A DNA stretch of 63,718 nucleotides from a virus. Lineage: Duplodnaviria; Caudoviricetes. A program made the position numbers and the translations under genes. The notes beneath the pieces were generated by a model. That model did not search any database. It saw only the letters and a list, made by a program, of their open reading frames with translations, and was not told the origin of the DNA. The stretch spans positions 1 through 63,718 of the IMG/VR virus record IMGVR_UViG_3300048855_000181; one strand, written 5' to 3'. Positions 26,440-35,819 of this stretch are shown piece by piece (positions within the stretch are counted from its first letter, which is position 1; the number at the start of each line of letters is the position of its first letter).

Positions 26440-27786
26440 TTAGGCGGACGCGCCCCACTGAACGGCACTCAGGACGTTGACGGCCTGGTTGTAGCGGATG
26501 CCGAAATCGTGCTCCATCGTCGCACGGATTGCCGTGGAGTCGGTGGAGAACATCGACACCGGATCGCCAGTCGGGCCGTTCGGCATGATCGTGGCCTCAT
26601 CCGAAACCTTGATCGAAAGACCCTTGGTCTCGCCAAAGAGCACGTTGCGGAAAGAAACGAGCGCAAGGTATGTCTCGTTCGTTGCGGTGCCGAGGTTTTC
26701 AGGGATAGTGCCGGTTACGAGAACCGGATAACCCTTCCACATCGGAGTAGCAGAAGCGAGCTCGGGGAACACCTTCGAGCCATCGGTGTTTCGAAGGTCA
26801 TAGAGCCAATCGAACACGCGTGGTGTCATCACCCATTTGGCACCGGCACGAAGCGCGGCGTAACGGGTCATGATGCCGGATTTGCTGCGAGCCGCGCCAT
26901 CGATCACTGCCGTCGAAGGAGCAACACCAGCCGCAGCAGCGGAGGTATTGATGCCTGGGCGGCGGAAGATGCCGAGCGGATCATTGCTGGTGCCAGTGCC
27001 GAGATAAGCCATCTCATCCAGCTTGGTGGACATCGCGGAACCCATGTCTTCACGAATAAATTCCATGGCAGCGCCGAGAGACCAACGAAGGAGCTGGTTC
27101 GTAGCCGGCACGATGACGGACAAGAGCTTGGCGCTCATGTTGATGTCAGCGAGCGTGGGCTGGGATACCGAGATATCTTCGCCTTCTGCGCGGTACGAAG
27201 CAGTCGCACCGGACAGACCCTTGGGCTGATGATAGTTACCCGTTGGCATGTTGATAATGCGCGGGCCACCAGCCATGAACGTGGAGGTCTCATACAGCAG
27301 CGGTATGATGTCCAAATTCCACGATGGAGGAGTAAGAATACCACCGTCAGCACCGACGATTGTGGTCATCGTCTTCTGCTGGATCAGATACTCGTCGGCA
27401 ACACCGTCGTAGCCAAGTTCACGCATCTGCTCGGCAGCAGCAGCGCTGGAGCGGCCCTTGCCGTCCTTGTATGCCTTCACGGCACCGAGGAGGAAGATAC
27501 CAAGCTTTTCATTGGCATCTTTCGCCATGTGCTTGGCGCCGGCCGGAACTGGAGCGATCGTCTCGCTGCCAGCAGGAGTGTTGGCTGGAGCAGCCGCACG
27601 CTTTTCGGTCGCTTCGGCCTTTTCGAGCAGAGCGATCTTGGCTTCTAGCGACTCGATTTCCGCCAAGGCATCTTCCAGCACCTTGGTGTCATCTGCGGTG
27701 GCCTCGGTTCCAAAGGCTTTCGCCTTGAGGCCAGTCAATCCCTTGACCAGTTCCGCGAGGGCTTTTCGGAGTTGTTCGAGATTCAT
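26440..27786 (-). CDS. major capsid protein (HK97 fold with N-terminal delta domain)
   Basis: Coiled-coil N-terminus; DGG.L.P, G.GTSNDPLGI, L....G..F, GYPV motifs. Confidence 0.95.
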   Translation of the reverse strand: MNLEQLRKALAELVKGLTGLKAKAFGTEATADDTKVLEDALAEIESLEAKIALLEKAEATEKRAAAPANTPAGSETIAPVPAGAKHMAKDANEKLGIFLLGAVKAYKDGKGRSSAAAAEQMRELGYDGVADEYLIQQKTMTTIVGADGGILTPPSWNLDIIPLLYETSTFMAGGPRIINMPTGNYHQPKGLSGATASYRAEGEDISVSQPTLADINMSAKLLSVIVPATNQLLRWSLGAAMEFIREDMGSAMSTKLDEMAYLGTGTSNDPLGIFRRPGINTSAAAAGVAPSTAVIDGAARSKSGIMTRYAALRAGAKWVMTPRVFDWLYDLRNTDGSKVFPELASATPMWKGYPVLVTGTIPENLGTATNETYLALVSFRNVLFGETKGLSIKVSDEATIMPNGPTGDPVSMFSTDSTAIRATMEHDFGIRYNQAVNVLSAVQWGASA

Positions 27787-27805
27787 ATCTCGGTCCTTTC
27801 TCTCA

Positions 27806-27833
27806 ATAAAAAACCCGCCACAAAGGGCGGGTC
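27806..27833 (-). terminator. intrinsic terminator upstream of the capsid gene
   Basis: ACCCGCCC...GGCGGGT stem plus U6 on the minus strand. Confidence 0.65.
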
Positions 27834-27876
27834 GGTTGGTGTTCCTCGCGGAACAGTTATCGGGTTGCCCCGAACT

Positions 27877-28995
27877 TTAAGCAGCGTCTTGGTGACGTGC
27901 CTCGATTGCTGCAAGGCGCTCGTTTAGTGCCTTTTGTTTCTCCGGATCAGCGGCAACAGGTGCCGGCGGATCTTCTGGGGTCTGCTCCGGTTCGACATCA
28001 GGGGATTTGAAAACGGCACGGATGCCGTCGAGGAGCTTGGACAAAGTGCCCCTGCGTTCGCCCTCCTCTTCGGGAATGGCGTCTATCTTCGGAGCGAAGT
28101 CTTTCAGAAAGCCCTCGACATTAAGTTCGAGCTCTTGGACGACGGGGTCTGGAATGGCTGCCGGCGTACCGGGTTCAAGAACCCCACGATGCGAAGCCAT
28201 GGCGGTTTTTATCTTCTCCAGAGCTTCGTCTGTCAGATCACCAGTAATCGTGAAGCTGGTCGGAGCAAGCTTTTCCATACGGTCGACGAGTGACCGAACT
28301 TCACCCAGCCATTCCGGGGCCTCAACAGTGACGGTGGTCTTGTTCCCGGTGGCTTCCTTGTGTGCGGCTTCAAAATCAGCGCGTGAGATGATCACACCGG
28401 CGGCCGTCTTAACGTACGTATCAAGCATTTCTTCCAGCAGATCGCGGGCCATCGTGTTGCCATCAGCAACCGACTTGGCCAAAGCGGACGGATTCGCCGG
28501 AATGCTGACGATACTGCATTCGTACAAATCCCACTCGTGGATGATGTAGGACCAAAGCGGCTCGCCGTTATCATCCAGGCGGCGCTCGACCTTTTTTGGC
28601 ATGAAGCCAATCGAAGCGGCGCGCAAAATCCCCTGAGACATCAAGGCATATGCCTCGTCAACGTGTGGCGACGTGCCTTCCAAAGCAACGGTAACGGTGC
28701 CCTCTATGGATTTCGGTTTCGTGACGATGTCGCCCCAGGTTCCAATGATCCTGTCCGATTTATGATTCAAAAGAGCTATCGGATTGCTCTTGAACCGCTC
28801 CAGATCGGCTCCCTTTGCCTTGACTATGTCACCGTAGCTGTCGACCGTTTCGTCGGTCATAATCAGAGTTGCCGATCGCAATTCTGCATTGAACGATTTG
28901 GGCATCTTTGCGGCACGATACACCATGCCATCATGGGAGCTGAGCGAACGCTTGCTGAGATATTCGTCGACGCTGATTTCAACGGGTGCAGGCAT
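27877..28995 (-). CDS. HK97-type prohead protease with long C-terminal extension
   Basis: NP..LLNH, SIGF, LYECSIVSIPANP.A. Confidence 0.92.
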   Translation of the reverse strand: MPAPVEISVDEYLSKRSLSSHDGMVYRAAKMPKSFNAELRSATLIMTDETVDSYGDIVKAKGADLERFKSNPIALLNHKSDRIIGTWGDIVTKPKSIEGTVTVALEGTSPHVDEAYALMSQGILRAASIGFMPKKVERRLDDNGEPLWSYIIHEWDLYECSIVSIPANPSALAKSVADGNTMARDLLEEMLDTYVKTAAGVIISRADFEAAHKEATGNKTTVTVEAPEWLGEVRSLVDRMEKLAPTSFTITGDLTDEALEKIKTAMASHRGVLEPGTPAAIPDPVVQELELNVEGFLKDFAPKIDAIPEEEGERRGTLSKLLDGIRAVFKSPDVEPEQTPEDPPAPVAADPEKQKALNERLAAIEARHQDAA

Positions 28996-29006
28996 CGTCG
29001 CCTCCT

Positions 29007-30374
29007 TTACTGTACGACGCGCAAGGTTTTTACCTTGTCGCCATCTGGTTTTGTGGTTTCGGCGGGCTCGCCATCTTCTTTCGTCGCGTTTGGCGCATTG
29101 CCACCCGCCTTCAGAACCACCTCGTTCTTTTCATCAACGAGGACGAAATTGCCGCTCATCATGCGAACCCTGCCGGCCTCGCCTCCAACGGCATTGAAAC
29201 CGATCTCGGTACGCATGTCGTCGTAAGTGATCATTCCGTTTTTCCAACGGGATTCCACAATTTTCTGACGGCGTTCCGGGTCCATGGAAAACGCCATTTC
29301 CGCGTCAAACTCCAAGAAATAGTCGTCCTGCTCTTCTTCCGTCAGCAAGACCGGCGCCAAACCTTCGCAAATGCACTGAAAATAACTGGTCAGCGTATCG
29401 TCGACATAGGTTCGTTCGGCGCTATCAAGATTGTCGTATTTCACCGATTCCAGCAGAAACGCCTTGTGTGGAGGCACACGGAAATAGCGAAGCATCTCAT
29501 TGGCCGCGGCGATATTCGATTTCACGAAATCTGCATCGGCCGATGTCATGGTCAGCTTTTCGATCTCGGGAACCTTGCCGCCCTTCCCCTCAAGGATGAT
29601 CGGCTTGCCGGATTTCTTCGATTTCTCGATGGACTCGTTGATGCCTTTGTTGAGACGATCAAACTGAATGTCAGTCAGCTCGTCAGGGAACTGGAACGCC
29701 ACCGTGGGCATGCCATTGTTCTTGAACACCGAAGTTTGGAAGCTCTGCATGCTTTCCAGCAGTTCACGCGAATTCTCAGACAAGGCGAATGTCGACAGAG
29801 CGTCCAAGCCGTTCATTGAGCGCTTACGGATATGGGCGCACTGCTTGTTCGATAAGCCACCTTCCGCCCAGCCATAAAGCGCCTGCTCGTGGAGCGTGCC
29901 CGGGGTGATGTCGTAGTACCATTTGCGGGTGAGTGGATTGACCCTGGTCGACACCTGGCGACGAGGCACCCCGGCAAATTCGATCACTTCTCCCGCGAAG
30001 TTCCTGCGAACGGGCACATAATACTCGCTGGCGATCGCTAGATGAGCCACCATTTGGCGGATAAACTCACCAATACCGTAGTACTCATTCGGACGGCGAG
30101 CGAGCAGCCGCGCAACAGGATGTTCCTTTGGTTGAACAATCTCAGATCCACCAGGAGTGCGACGGCGTAGGTAAATTGGAGTTTTCGCAACGTCCTGCTG
30201 CAGCACATCGATACAAATCAGGCTGATGGAAAGACGAAACAGGCCGGTCCTTGAACCGAACAAATAACCGCCGCGCGAGAAAGCAAGATCATTCTGCGGG
30301 TCAAACGTTGTCCAAACGTCCTTTTCTACAACTCGGTTTGGCCCGACGAGCGATGTTTTTTCTGACACGTCCAA
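29007..30374 (-). CDS. portal protein (HK97 family)
   Basis: HP..RLL..RPN.Y, FRVPPH, between TerL and protease; start codon uncertain. Confidence 0.92.
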   Translation of the reverse strand: MDVSEKTSLVGPNRVVEKDVWTTFDPQNDLAFSRGGYLFGSRTGLFRLSISLICIDVLQQDVAKTPIYLRRRTPGGSEIVQPKEHPVARLLARRPNEYYGIGEFIRQMVAHLAIASEYYVPVRRNFAGEVIEFAGVPRRQVSTRVNPLTRKWYYDITPGTLHEQALYGWAEGGLSNKQCAHIRKRSMNGLDALSTFALSENSRELLESMQSFQTSVFKNNGMPTVAFQFPDELTDIQFDRLNKGINESIEKSKKSGKPIILEGKGGKVPEIEKLTMTSADADFVKSNIAAANEMLRYFRVPPHKAFLLESVKYDNLDSAERTYVDDTLTSYFQCICEGLAPVLLTEEEQDDYFLEFDAEMAFSMDPERRQKIVESRWKNGMITYDDMRTEIGFNAVGGEAGRVRMMSGNFVLVDEKNEVVLKAGGNAPNATKEDGEPAETTKPDGDKVKTLRVVQ

Positions 30375-30389
30375 TTCCTTTTCAACCCA

Positions 30390-32213
30390 TCACTGCAGGA
30401 TACGAACGCCGCGCTCAGCCATAGGATTTGGACCTTCCGGCTCTTCCTGCTTGTGGAGCTCCATTCGGCCCACATCGGCTTGGACCAGCGCGTCGAACCC
30501 GTCGATTTTCATGTTTGAGTGTGGGGATATCTTCTTAGGAAGCACCAATTCTGCGGTGTTATACCCACCAATGACATTATCTACGTTCCAACCCAGAACC
30601 GGGTTGCCGCTATGCGCCAATCCCTTGTTCTTCCCCACAACCCGGGCAACGATGTCCTTCGTTGGATCGGAGAAATTCGGCGCATTCTTTCGGTACGAAA
30701 ACACCGGTTTGTTCTTTTTGGTCAGGAACGACATGAGCTCATTAGCTTCACGATCGTCGACGATGATGGCCTCGACATCATGGTTGTTGCAGAGCTCGAG
30801 CAAGTCCGCCTTCAACTCATCGTAGGAATGGAAGCTCCCCGGTGTGAAGGTTAGATGTTCAGATTCATGCCAGGCTTCGTAGATATCGCGGATCTCATCA
30901 TCCTCCCGCCATGGCCCATGTTCGGGTACATAATGCTTAGCGAAAGGAACGATAAAGCCATCGAATTCAAAGAGAATGACCAAGACAATCATGTCGTTTC
31001 GGGAGGCCAAATCCACCCCGATCCAGCATCTATGTCCACGGAAGGCAGCAAGGGTTAATGCAGAGATCTCGCAAGCGTCCCAAGCGTCCTTGGAGATCAA
31101 CTTGGATTCACCCAATCCCCAGATATTGAACCTGGTGCGCAAGACCTCGTTTTTGTTGCGCGGATTAGTGTAGATCTCCTCGATTTCCTGCAAAACCTTG
31201 CGTTTCGGCGTCGAAATGCCGAAATTCGGATTTGCCTTTTTGATAACCCTCTCACTACGCCAATTACCGAAATCTTCCGGATCAATGGTGTAGATCGCGA
31301 CGAACAGCTCTGGTCGACTACGTTTGCCCTCCAGAACCTCGATCGCCATGTTCCGCTCATCCCAGCCAACACCAAAGGCGTTGTAACCAGCCGAGCCGAT
31401 TTCAAGGAACAGCGATTCCGGACGCGCGCCCTGCGAAGACTTCATGACGTTGAAGATCGACGCCGGCAGAGAGTGGAATTCGTCGGCAATAACGACCTTC
31501 GGATCGTGACCGTCCTGCTTTTTACCCGCTGATGCGAGGATGACGGCATAACTCTCCGTCTCGCCGACATCGATGCGTTCAGTCAGCGCGACAATGCCGT
31601 AGAACTCCTTCAGCGGTGGATTGTACTCCACCATCTTCCGCATTGGCTCCAGAACCTTCAGCGCCAATGCCGCGGTTGGAGCGATGACATAAAGATCGTC
31701 GCCGATATGAGCGTTCGGCCCCAACTCGTAGAGGGCAAGACCGGCCGCAAGAAGCGACTTGCCCTGCTTTCGCGTGATTTCCAGCTGCGCGATGGTGACG
31801 ACGCGATCGCCAGTATCTGTCCAGCGAAAGCCGTAGATCGCGATCACGATCCAAATCTGCCAGCCTTCGAGCTCAATATTCTGTTTCGCCAGAACACCTT
31901 TGACGTGCGTCAGGCTCTCAATGAACGCACATGGCTCAACTGCATGTTCATTTGACCAGTAAATGTCGCCCTTCCCGGTCTTTGCCTCCTCGTACATGTC
32001 GAGAAAGCGCTTGGCTGCCAGCATTAGATAGCGACAGGCCGGGACAACCTCGTCGGCAATCAATCGCGCGTAGCCAACGCCCATGGCGACATAGTGCGGG
32101 TAGGCTTTCCCTTCGATTTTAAGCGTGGCGCTGCTGTTTAGCTCTTTTCGCGAACCCGAACGCGGCGTAAGGGTTTTCACCGCGCCCCGGGCCTTCGATG
32201 TGCGTATCGGCAT
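30390..32213 (-). CDS. terL: terminase large subunit
   Basis: LEGWQ, Walker A RKQGKS, Walker B ADEFH, GVDLAS, KIDG; start uncertain (overlaps terS). Confidence 0.95.
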   Translation of the reverse strand: MPIRTSKARGAVKTLTPRSGSRKELNSSATLKIEGKAYPHYVAMGVGYARLIADEVVPACRYLMLAAKRFLDMYEEAKTGKGDIYWSNEHAVEPCAFIESLTHVKGVLAKQNIELEGWQIWIVIAIYGFRWTDTGDRVVTIAQLEITRKQGKSLLAAGLALYELGPNAHIGDDLYVIAPTAALALKVLEPMRKMVEYNPPLKEFYGIVALTERIDVGETESYAVILASAGKKQDGHDPKVVIADEFHSLPASIFNVMKSSQGARPESLFLEIGSAGYNAFGVGWDERNMAIEVLEGKRSRPELFVAIYTIDPEDFGNWRSERVIKKANPNFGISTPKRKVLQEIEEIYTNPRNKNEVLRTRFNIWGLGESKLISKDAWDACEISALTLAAFRGHRCWIGVDLASRNDMIVLVILFEFDGFIVPFAKHYVPEHGPWREDDEIRDIYEAWHESEHLTFTPGSFHSYDELKADLLELCNNHDVEAIIVDDREANELMSFLTKKNKPVFSYRKNAPNFSDPTKDIVARVVGKNKGLAHSGNPVLGWNVDNVIGGYNTAELVLPKKISPHSNMKIDGFDALVQADVGRMELHKQEEPEGPNPMAERGVRILQ

Positions 32214-32523
32214 CCAGCTTTTCCAACTTCATCATTGCCGCACGCTTGGCTTCCATCGCCTGCCGGGTCGGTCGTTTCCCCTTATTGATGGTGAAAGCAA
32301 TGTCATCCGTGGCGATGGCCAGCATCTCGACGTACTCGCGACTTTTCATCGTGAGCATCCCTGACTTGATCAGGGTTCGGCACCATTCGTCGTAAACTCG
32401 CTGACCCTCTTTGAGCAGCGGGACGTTTGGCGCCGGGATTTCCTTGTAATTATCGAGAATGTGCAGTGTCGCCGTGGGTTTCTCCTCGGCAGCAGCGCCT
32501 TTCTTCTCAGTCCTTTTGACCAT
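32119..32523 (-). CDS. terS: terminase small subunit
   Basis: Position upstream of TerL; P.P...L...G...Y...C..L..SG and ENPY..F. Confidence 0.75.
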   Translation of the reverse strand: MVKRTEKKGAAAEEKPTATLHILDNYKEIPAPNVPLLKEGQRVYDEWCRTLIKSGMLTMKSREYVEMLAIATDDIAFTINKGKRPTRQAMEAKRAAMMKLEKLDADTHIEGPGRGENPYAAFGFAKRAKQQRHA

Positions 32524-32950
32524 GATCGAGCTTCCCCAACGGCCCATATTTCATGATCTGAAAGTGAGCAGGCCGAGTATCCGGATGCTTGATCCACTGC
32601 GGCAGCAATTTGATTGCCCCGGTCTTGCGGGCATAGTCCTCAATTCGGCGCTTAAAGCCGTTGTGATGAACGTGACAGAGCCCGTCCAGGTTGTGCTTGT
32701 CGAGCCGATGGTCGGGCTCGTCCGTGACGGGCATCATGTGGTCGATGACATCGCACTGATGCAGATATCCGCGGCGAAGGCATTCCTCGCATTGGCCGGC
32801 GATCGATTTCTTGTATTCTGCCGCCAAGTTATCCCATTCGCGGGTATAGCCTCGTTCCCGAGCAGATCCGCGAAACTTCTCGCGTTCCCGCTTCGGTGCA
32901 TCGCCGCCGAGACGCGGTACAGATTTGCGGCGAAACGATGCAATAGTCAT
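32507..32950 (-). CDS. HNH endonuclease (terminase-associated)
   Basis: RGY...W, CEEC, DH..P, NLDGLC..HH..K. Confidence 0.9.
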   Translation of the reverse strand: MTIASFRRKSVPRLGGDAPKREREKFRGSARERGYTREWDNLAAEYKKSIAGQCEECLRRGYLHQCDVIDHMMPVTDEPDHRLDKHNLDGLCHVHHNGFKRRIEDYARKTGAIKLLPQWIKHPDTRPAHFQIMKYGPLGKLDHGQKD

Positions 32951-33075
32951 ATCCGGCGTCCGTGATTACCGAGCATCAATGACTTTCGCCCCCTCGGTAG
33001 GTTCTTAGCCACGATCAAAACAGACCTTTTTCTCCTTAGCCGGCATCTGGAGCAGAAACGGGGCAAAACTGAATG

Positions 33076-33348
33076 CTACCGAAGAGGCGAGCAGCCAACG
33101 ATCAGATTATTGATATGCGCGTCGCTGATGTCGACCGAGCCGAGGCAAGCTGACAATGCGCTGAGACTGTCGCAACGGACCTCATTGAGATAGAGCGTGC
33201 CACCGCTGAAGATGAACGGGGGCTTGGCGCTGATCTCTCGACCAGCCGTACCAGCGAGTTTCACCGGGTCTGTCGGCCGTGGCAGTGCAGCCGCTACGCC
33301 GACGACAGGCGCGGCAAGGATGTAGGCAAGAAGTGAGCGCCGGTTCAT
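33076..33348 (-). CDS. small protein with twin-arginine-like N-terminus and a tail-tip-like C-terminal segment
   Basis: MNRRSLLAYILAAP...; C-terminus resembles the TipJ segment at ~15075-15215. Confidence 0.65.
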   Translation of the reverse strand: MNRRSLLAYILAAPVVGVAAALPRPTDPVKLAGTAGREISAKPPFIFSGGTLYLNEVRCDSLSALSACLGSVDISDAHINNLIVGCSPLR

Positions 33349-33476
33349 GATTTCCATCCCATGATGAGATTAACGAGCCATACAGTTTGCGGCTCTCCGA
33401 GTTGGTAAGCCGCCCAATCAATGAGGATCACAGCCAAGGCAACGGGGATGAGCATCCACGCGCGAAACTCGATCAT
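33345..33476 (-). CDS. small membrane protein (43 aa)
   Basis: ATGA coupling on both sides; hydrophobic. Confidence 0.5.
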   Translation of the reverse strand: MIEFRAWMLIPVALAVILIDWAAYQLGEPQTVWLVNLIMGWKS

Positions 33477-33679
33477 GACGGCTTGAACCACTTCGTCACG
33501 GTGCCAAGCTCAATGATGGCGTGAAAGAACGGGCCATGCGTGTCACCGGTCGCTTTCACGCCGATGTAGGAGCCGCGATGCTCCTGCCATGTCGCCAGCA
33601 TCAGACCGTGTTCCTTGTGGGTAACAAGGATGGCATCAGTCATTGCCGGTTCAGGCTCGCCTTTGGTCCATCTCATCAC
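33473..33679 (-). CDS. hypothetical protein
   Basis: Coupled ORF in the operon. Confidence 0.6.
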   Translation of the reverse strand: MMRWTKGEPEPAMTDAILVTHKEHGLMLATWQEHRGSYIGVKATGDTHGPFFHAIIELGTVTKWFKPS

Positions 33680-33879
33680 TGCACCTTTGCCGATACCAAG
33701 AAGCCGGCAGCGCTAGCGATGATCAAAGCAGCGCCCAAGGCATAGGAGATGCTGACCGGAGCGAATATCGCCACGACTGCGCTGATGACGATTGCGAGTA
33801 TGAAAGCCAGACCGAAGCACGCCACGACGAGCAGCATCTTGAATGCGCCGCCGATATCACCCATGCGCCGAAACTCCAT
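33676..33879 (-). CDS. two-TM membrane protein
   Basis: Two hydrophobic helices; coupled ORF. Confidence 0.6.
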   Translation of the reverse strand: MEFRRMGDIGGAFKMLLVVACFGLAFILAIVISAVVAIFAPVSISYALGAALIIASAAGFLVSAKVQ

Positions 33880-34087
33880 TCGAAGCGGTCAACCGACCGG
33901 CTGCGATCTGGCGGAGACGCCGTGTGCATTCACGCGTGCCATTGGGGCTGTAACGCTCGCCACCGAACCAATACCGCTTACCGCTGGTTCTGGTTGGCCG
34001 CGGCTCTGCGAGCGATATCGTCGGGAAAGATGACATTCCGAACATTGAGGCAACGGCAAGCCCGATGGAGGACATAAACCCACGCAT
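33857..34087 (-). CDS. hypothetical protein
   Basis: GGAG RBS; PNG.RE..RR.RQIAAG.L pattern. Confidence 0.6.
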   Translation of the reverse strand: MRGFMSSIGLAVASMFGMSSFPTISLAEPRPTRTSGKRYWFGGERYSPNGTRECTRRLRQIAAGRLTASNGVSAHG

Positions 34088-34108
34088 GACATTCTCCGGT
34101 TGTTTTGA

Positions 34109-34492
34109 TTAAAGCCATTCGAGCCGGGCAAACTCTTGGTCGCCGGTCATCTTGAAGACTGAGGTTTCAGACATGTAGTCCCGCGGGTTTTCACCCTTCG
34201 ACTGCAACCACCGGCATTCGACGGTGATCGCCTCGACCTCGTTCCCGATCGCAGCGCCCTGCCTGTGCTGAATCCAATGGGTCAGTTCATGCACAAGCGT
34301 TGCCTGATCTTCCAGATTGCCGTCACGCCAATCTCGCAGGATGATGACGGGCTCCCGAAACAGGTACCGCTGAAACAGCCCATGACATTCCAGATCAGGT
34401 TTGATCCTTATCTCGGGAACGTCTTCCGGACATTCGTATTTCAATACATTGGCGGCATAAACCATCAACTCGCGTGCAAGATCGAGGTCCAT
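34109..34492 (-). CDS. putative zincin-like metallopeptidase domain protein
   Basis: LVHELTHWIQ (HExxH) plus downstream E.EA. Confidence 0.7.
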   Translation of the reverse strand: MDLDLARELMVYAANVLKYECPEDVPEIRIKPDLECHGLFQRYLFREPVIILRDWRDGNLEDQATLVHELTHWIQHRQGAAIGNEVEAITVECRWLQSKGENPRDYMSETSVFKMTGDQEFARLEWL

Positions 34493-34543
34493 GGTCGGCC
34501 TTTAAAAGTGTGATAGCGTGTCCCCAAAAACCGGAGAAAGATC

Positions 34544-34768
34544 ATGCCGAAGTCAGAATTGTCACCCGAGCAAGAAGTCCTTGCAGCCCACATGTCCGCG
34601 TTTACGGTGGCTATGCAGATGCTCGTGGTCTGTCTGCAAGACAATGGCTCTCTTCGACCCGGCCAATATCCTGCGGCATTACATGGCTACATGGAAATGG
34701 CGAAGGACAAGGCGAACCCGTTGACACTGGCAATGCTGGACGATTTGCGCCAAGCGCTGCTGAATTGA
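34544..34768 (+). CDS. hypothetical protein (moron, opposite strand)
   Basis: GGAGA RBS; followed by a hairpin. Confidence 0.65.
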   Translation: MPKSELSPEQEVLAAHMSAFTVAMQMLVVCLQDNGSLRPGQYPAALHGYMEMAKDKANPLTLAMLDDLRQALLN

Positions 34769-34792
34769 AAACCCCGCACTAGGCGGGGCTAT
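34768..34792 (-). terminator. intrinsic terminator, possibly bidirectional
   Basis: CCCCGC/GCGGGG stem with a U-tract on the minus strand. Confidence 0.6.
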
Positions 34793-34860
34793 TGGCAGTT
34801 ATTCGGTATTTCCGAACAACTCAGTGCAAATGCCCTTCTTGGGCCATGCATCGTTGGTTA

Positions 34861-35008
34861 TCAGGACGGCGCGGCACCCGTCTCCGTGCGCTGCCTCCGG
34901 TTCTCAGGAATTCGCAGCCTTTCGACTGTCGGCTCTGCCGAGTTTAACCGCTTGCGCGATCCCTGCCAGTGCGTCTAACCGTACTGGGGTTTTTCCCGTC
35001 CGTCCTGA
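34861..35008 (-). ncRNA. candidate structured leader RNA of the late operon
   Basis: 9-bp closing stem TCAGGACGG/CCGTCCTGA enclosing multibranch helices with GCAA and GAAA tetraloops. Confidence 0.45.
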
Positions 35009-35255
35009 AGTGAAATCTGAGTCGGTCACCGTTGGACGCAACTGTATGATTCGCAGTAAAATTGACTCAGAAATCACACGACGTAAAGCTTGATTTTTCA
35101 ATGACTTTCACAGATTGATTCAAGTTCTGCATCTAAGTATTTGACACAGAATCACTTTTCACTCATCAAAATTATTTATCAACAGGCATAAAAGCATCGC
35201 TAAACGGAATGATTGGTACATTGATTGACCGGGAACATCCTGACAGATTTAACAG

Positions 35256-35819
35256 ATGAGCGAGTCGCTGCCTGAAGACGCCCGATCCCAGAAGACTTAT
35301 CAACGGCTTCAGCGCTTGTTGATCTCGACGCAAGATTTCCAGATTGCCGGCAGCGCCGCAACCTTCCTTTTGGAAGACGTTGATGAGACTAAAACGCGCT
35401 ATTCGCTAGAAGAGCTCAGACGACTCCGTTGCTATGAGACAACGATGGTCGTGGCTTATGCCCGACCTTTTTCGATGGCGAAGGGTACGGTTGGACCACT
35501 ATCGCTGAAGGATGTCTCGTTAAAAAAATCAGATCCCTTCTTCGCTCTGCATCAAAAGCTGATTGAACACCGAAATACACTTTATGGACATTCAGACGCC
35601 GAGCATGTCGAAATGCGGGTTTGGTCGATGCAGCCCTTCAGCGATCGAAAGGACATAAACCTCATCATGCCACGGTTCGATGAAGGGATGCGATTTTCTG
35701 ACGATGAGATCGACCTGATCCATCAAAAGCTACGTGAATTCGTACACGTCCTGCTGCTTAGTTCTCAGAAACTCGGACTTCCTTACAAGGATCAGTTTCA
35801 CAAAGTTCCGGATGACTGA
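35256..35819 (+). CDS. HEPN-like (AbiU2-type) protein, candidate defence RNase
   Basis: VVAYARPF and RNTLYGHSD (R-x5-H); moron orientation. Confidence 0.6.
   Translation: MSESLPEDARSQKTYQRLQRLLISTQDFQIAGSAATFLLEDVDETKTRYSLEELRRLRCYETTMVVAYARPFSMAKGTVGPLSLKDVSLKKSDPFFALHQKLIEHRNTLYGHSDAEHVEMRVWSMQPFSDRKDINLIMPRFDEGMRFSDDEIDLIHQKLREFVHVLLLSSQKLGLPYKDQFHKVPDD

Noticed and set aside
26389-27648. 419-aa plus-strand ORF and other long antisense ORFs over structural genes (e.g. 23348-24334, 28986-29819, 19659-20441, 11072-11860)
   Set aside because: Shadow frames of well-supported minus-strand genes in GC-rich DNA; no motifs.
34900-34970. tRNA-like segment (minus strand GCAAGCGGTTAAAC resembles a D-loop)
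   Set aside because: No T-arm GTTCRA, no proper anticodon arm, and no acceptor stem/CCA.
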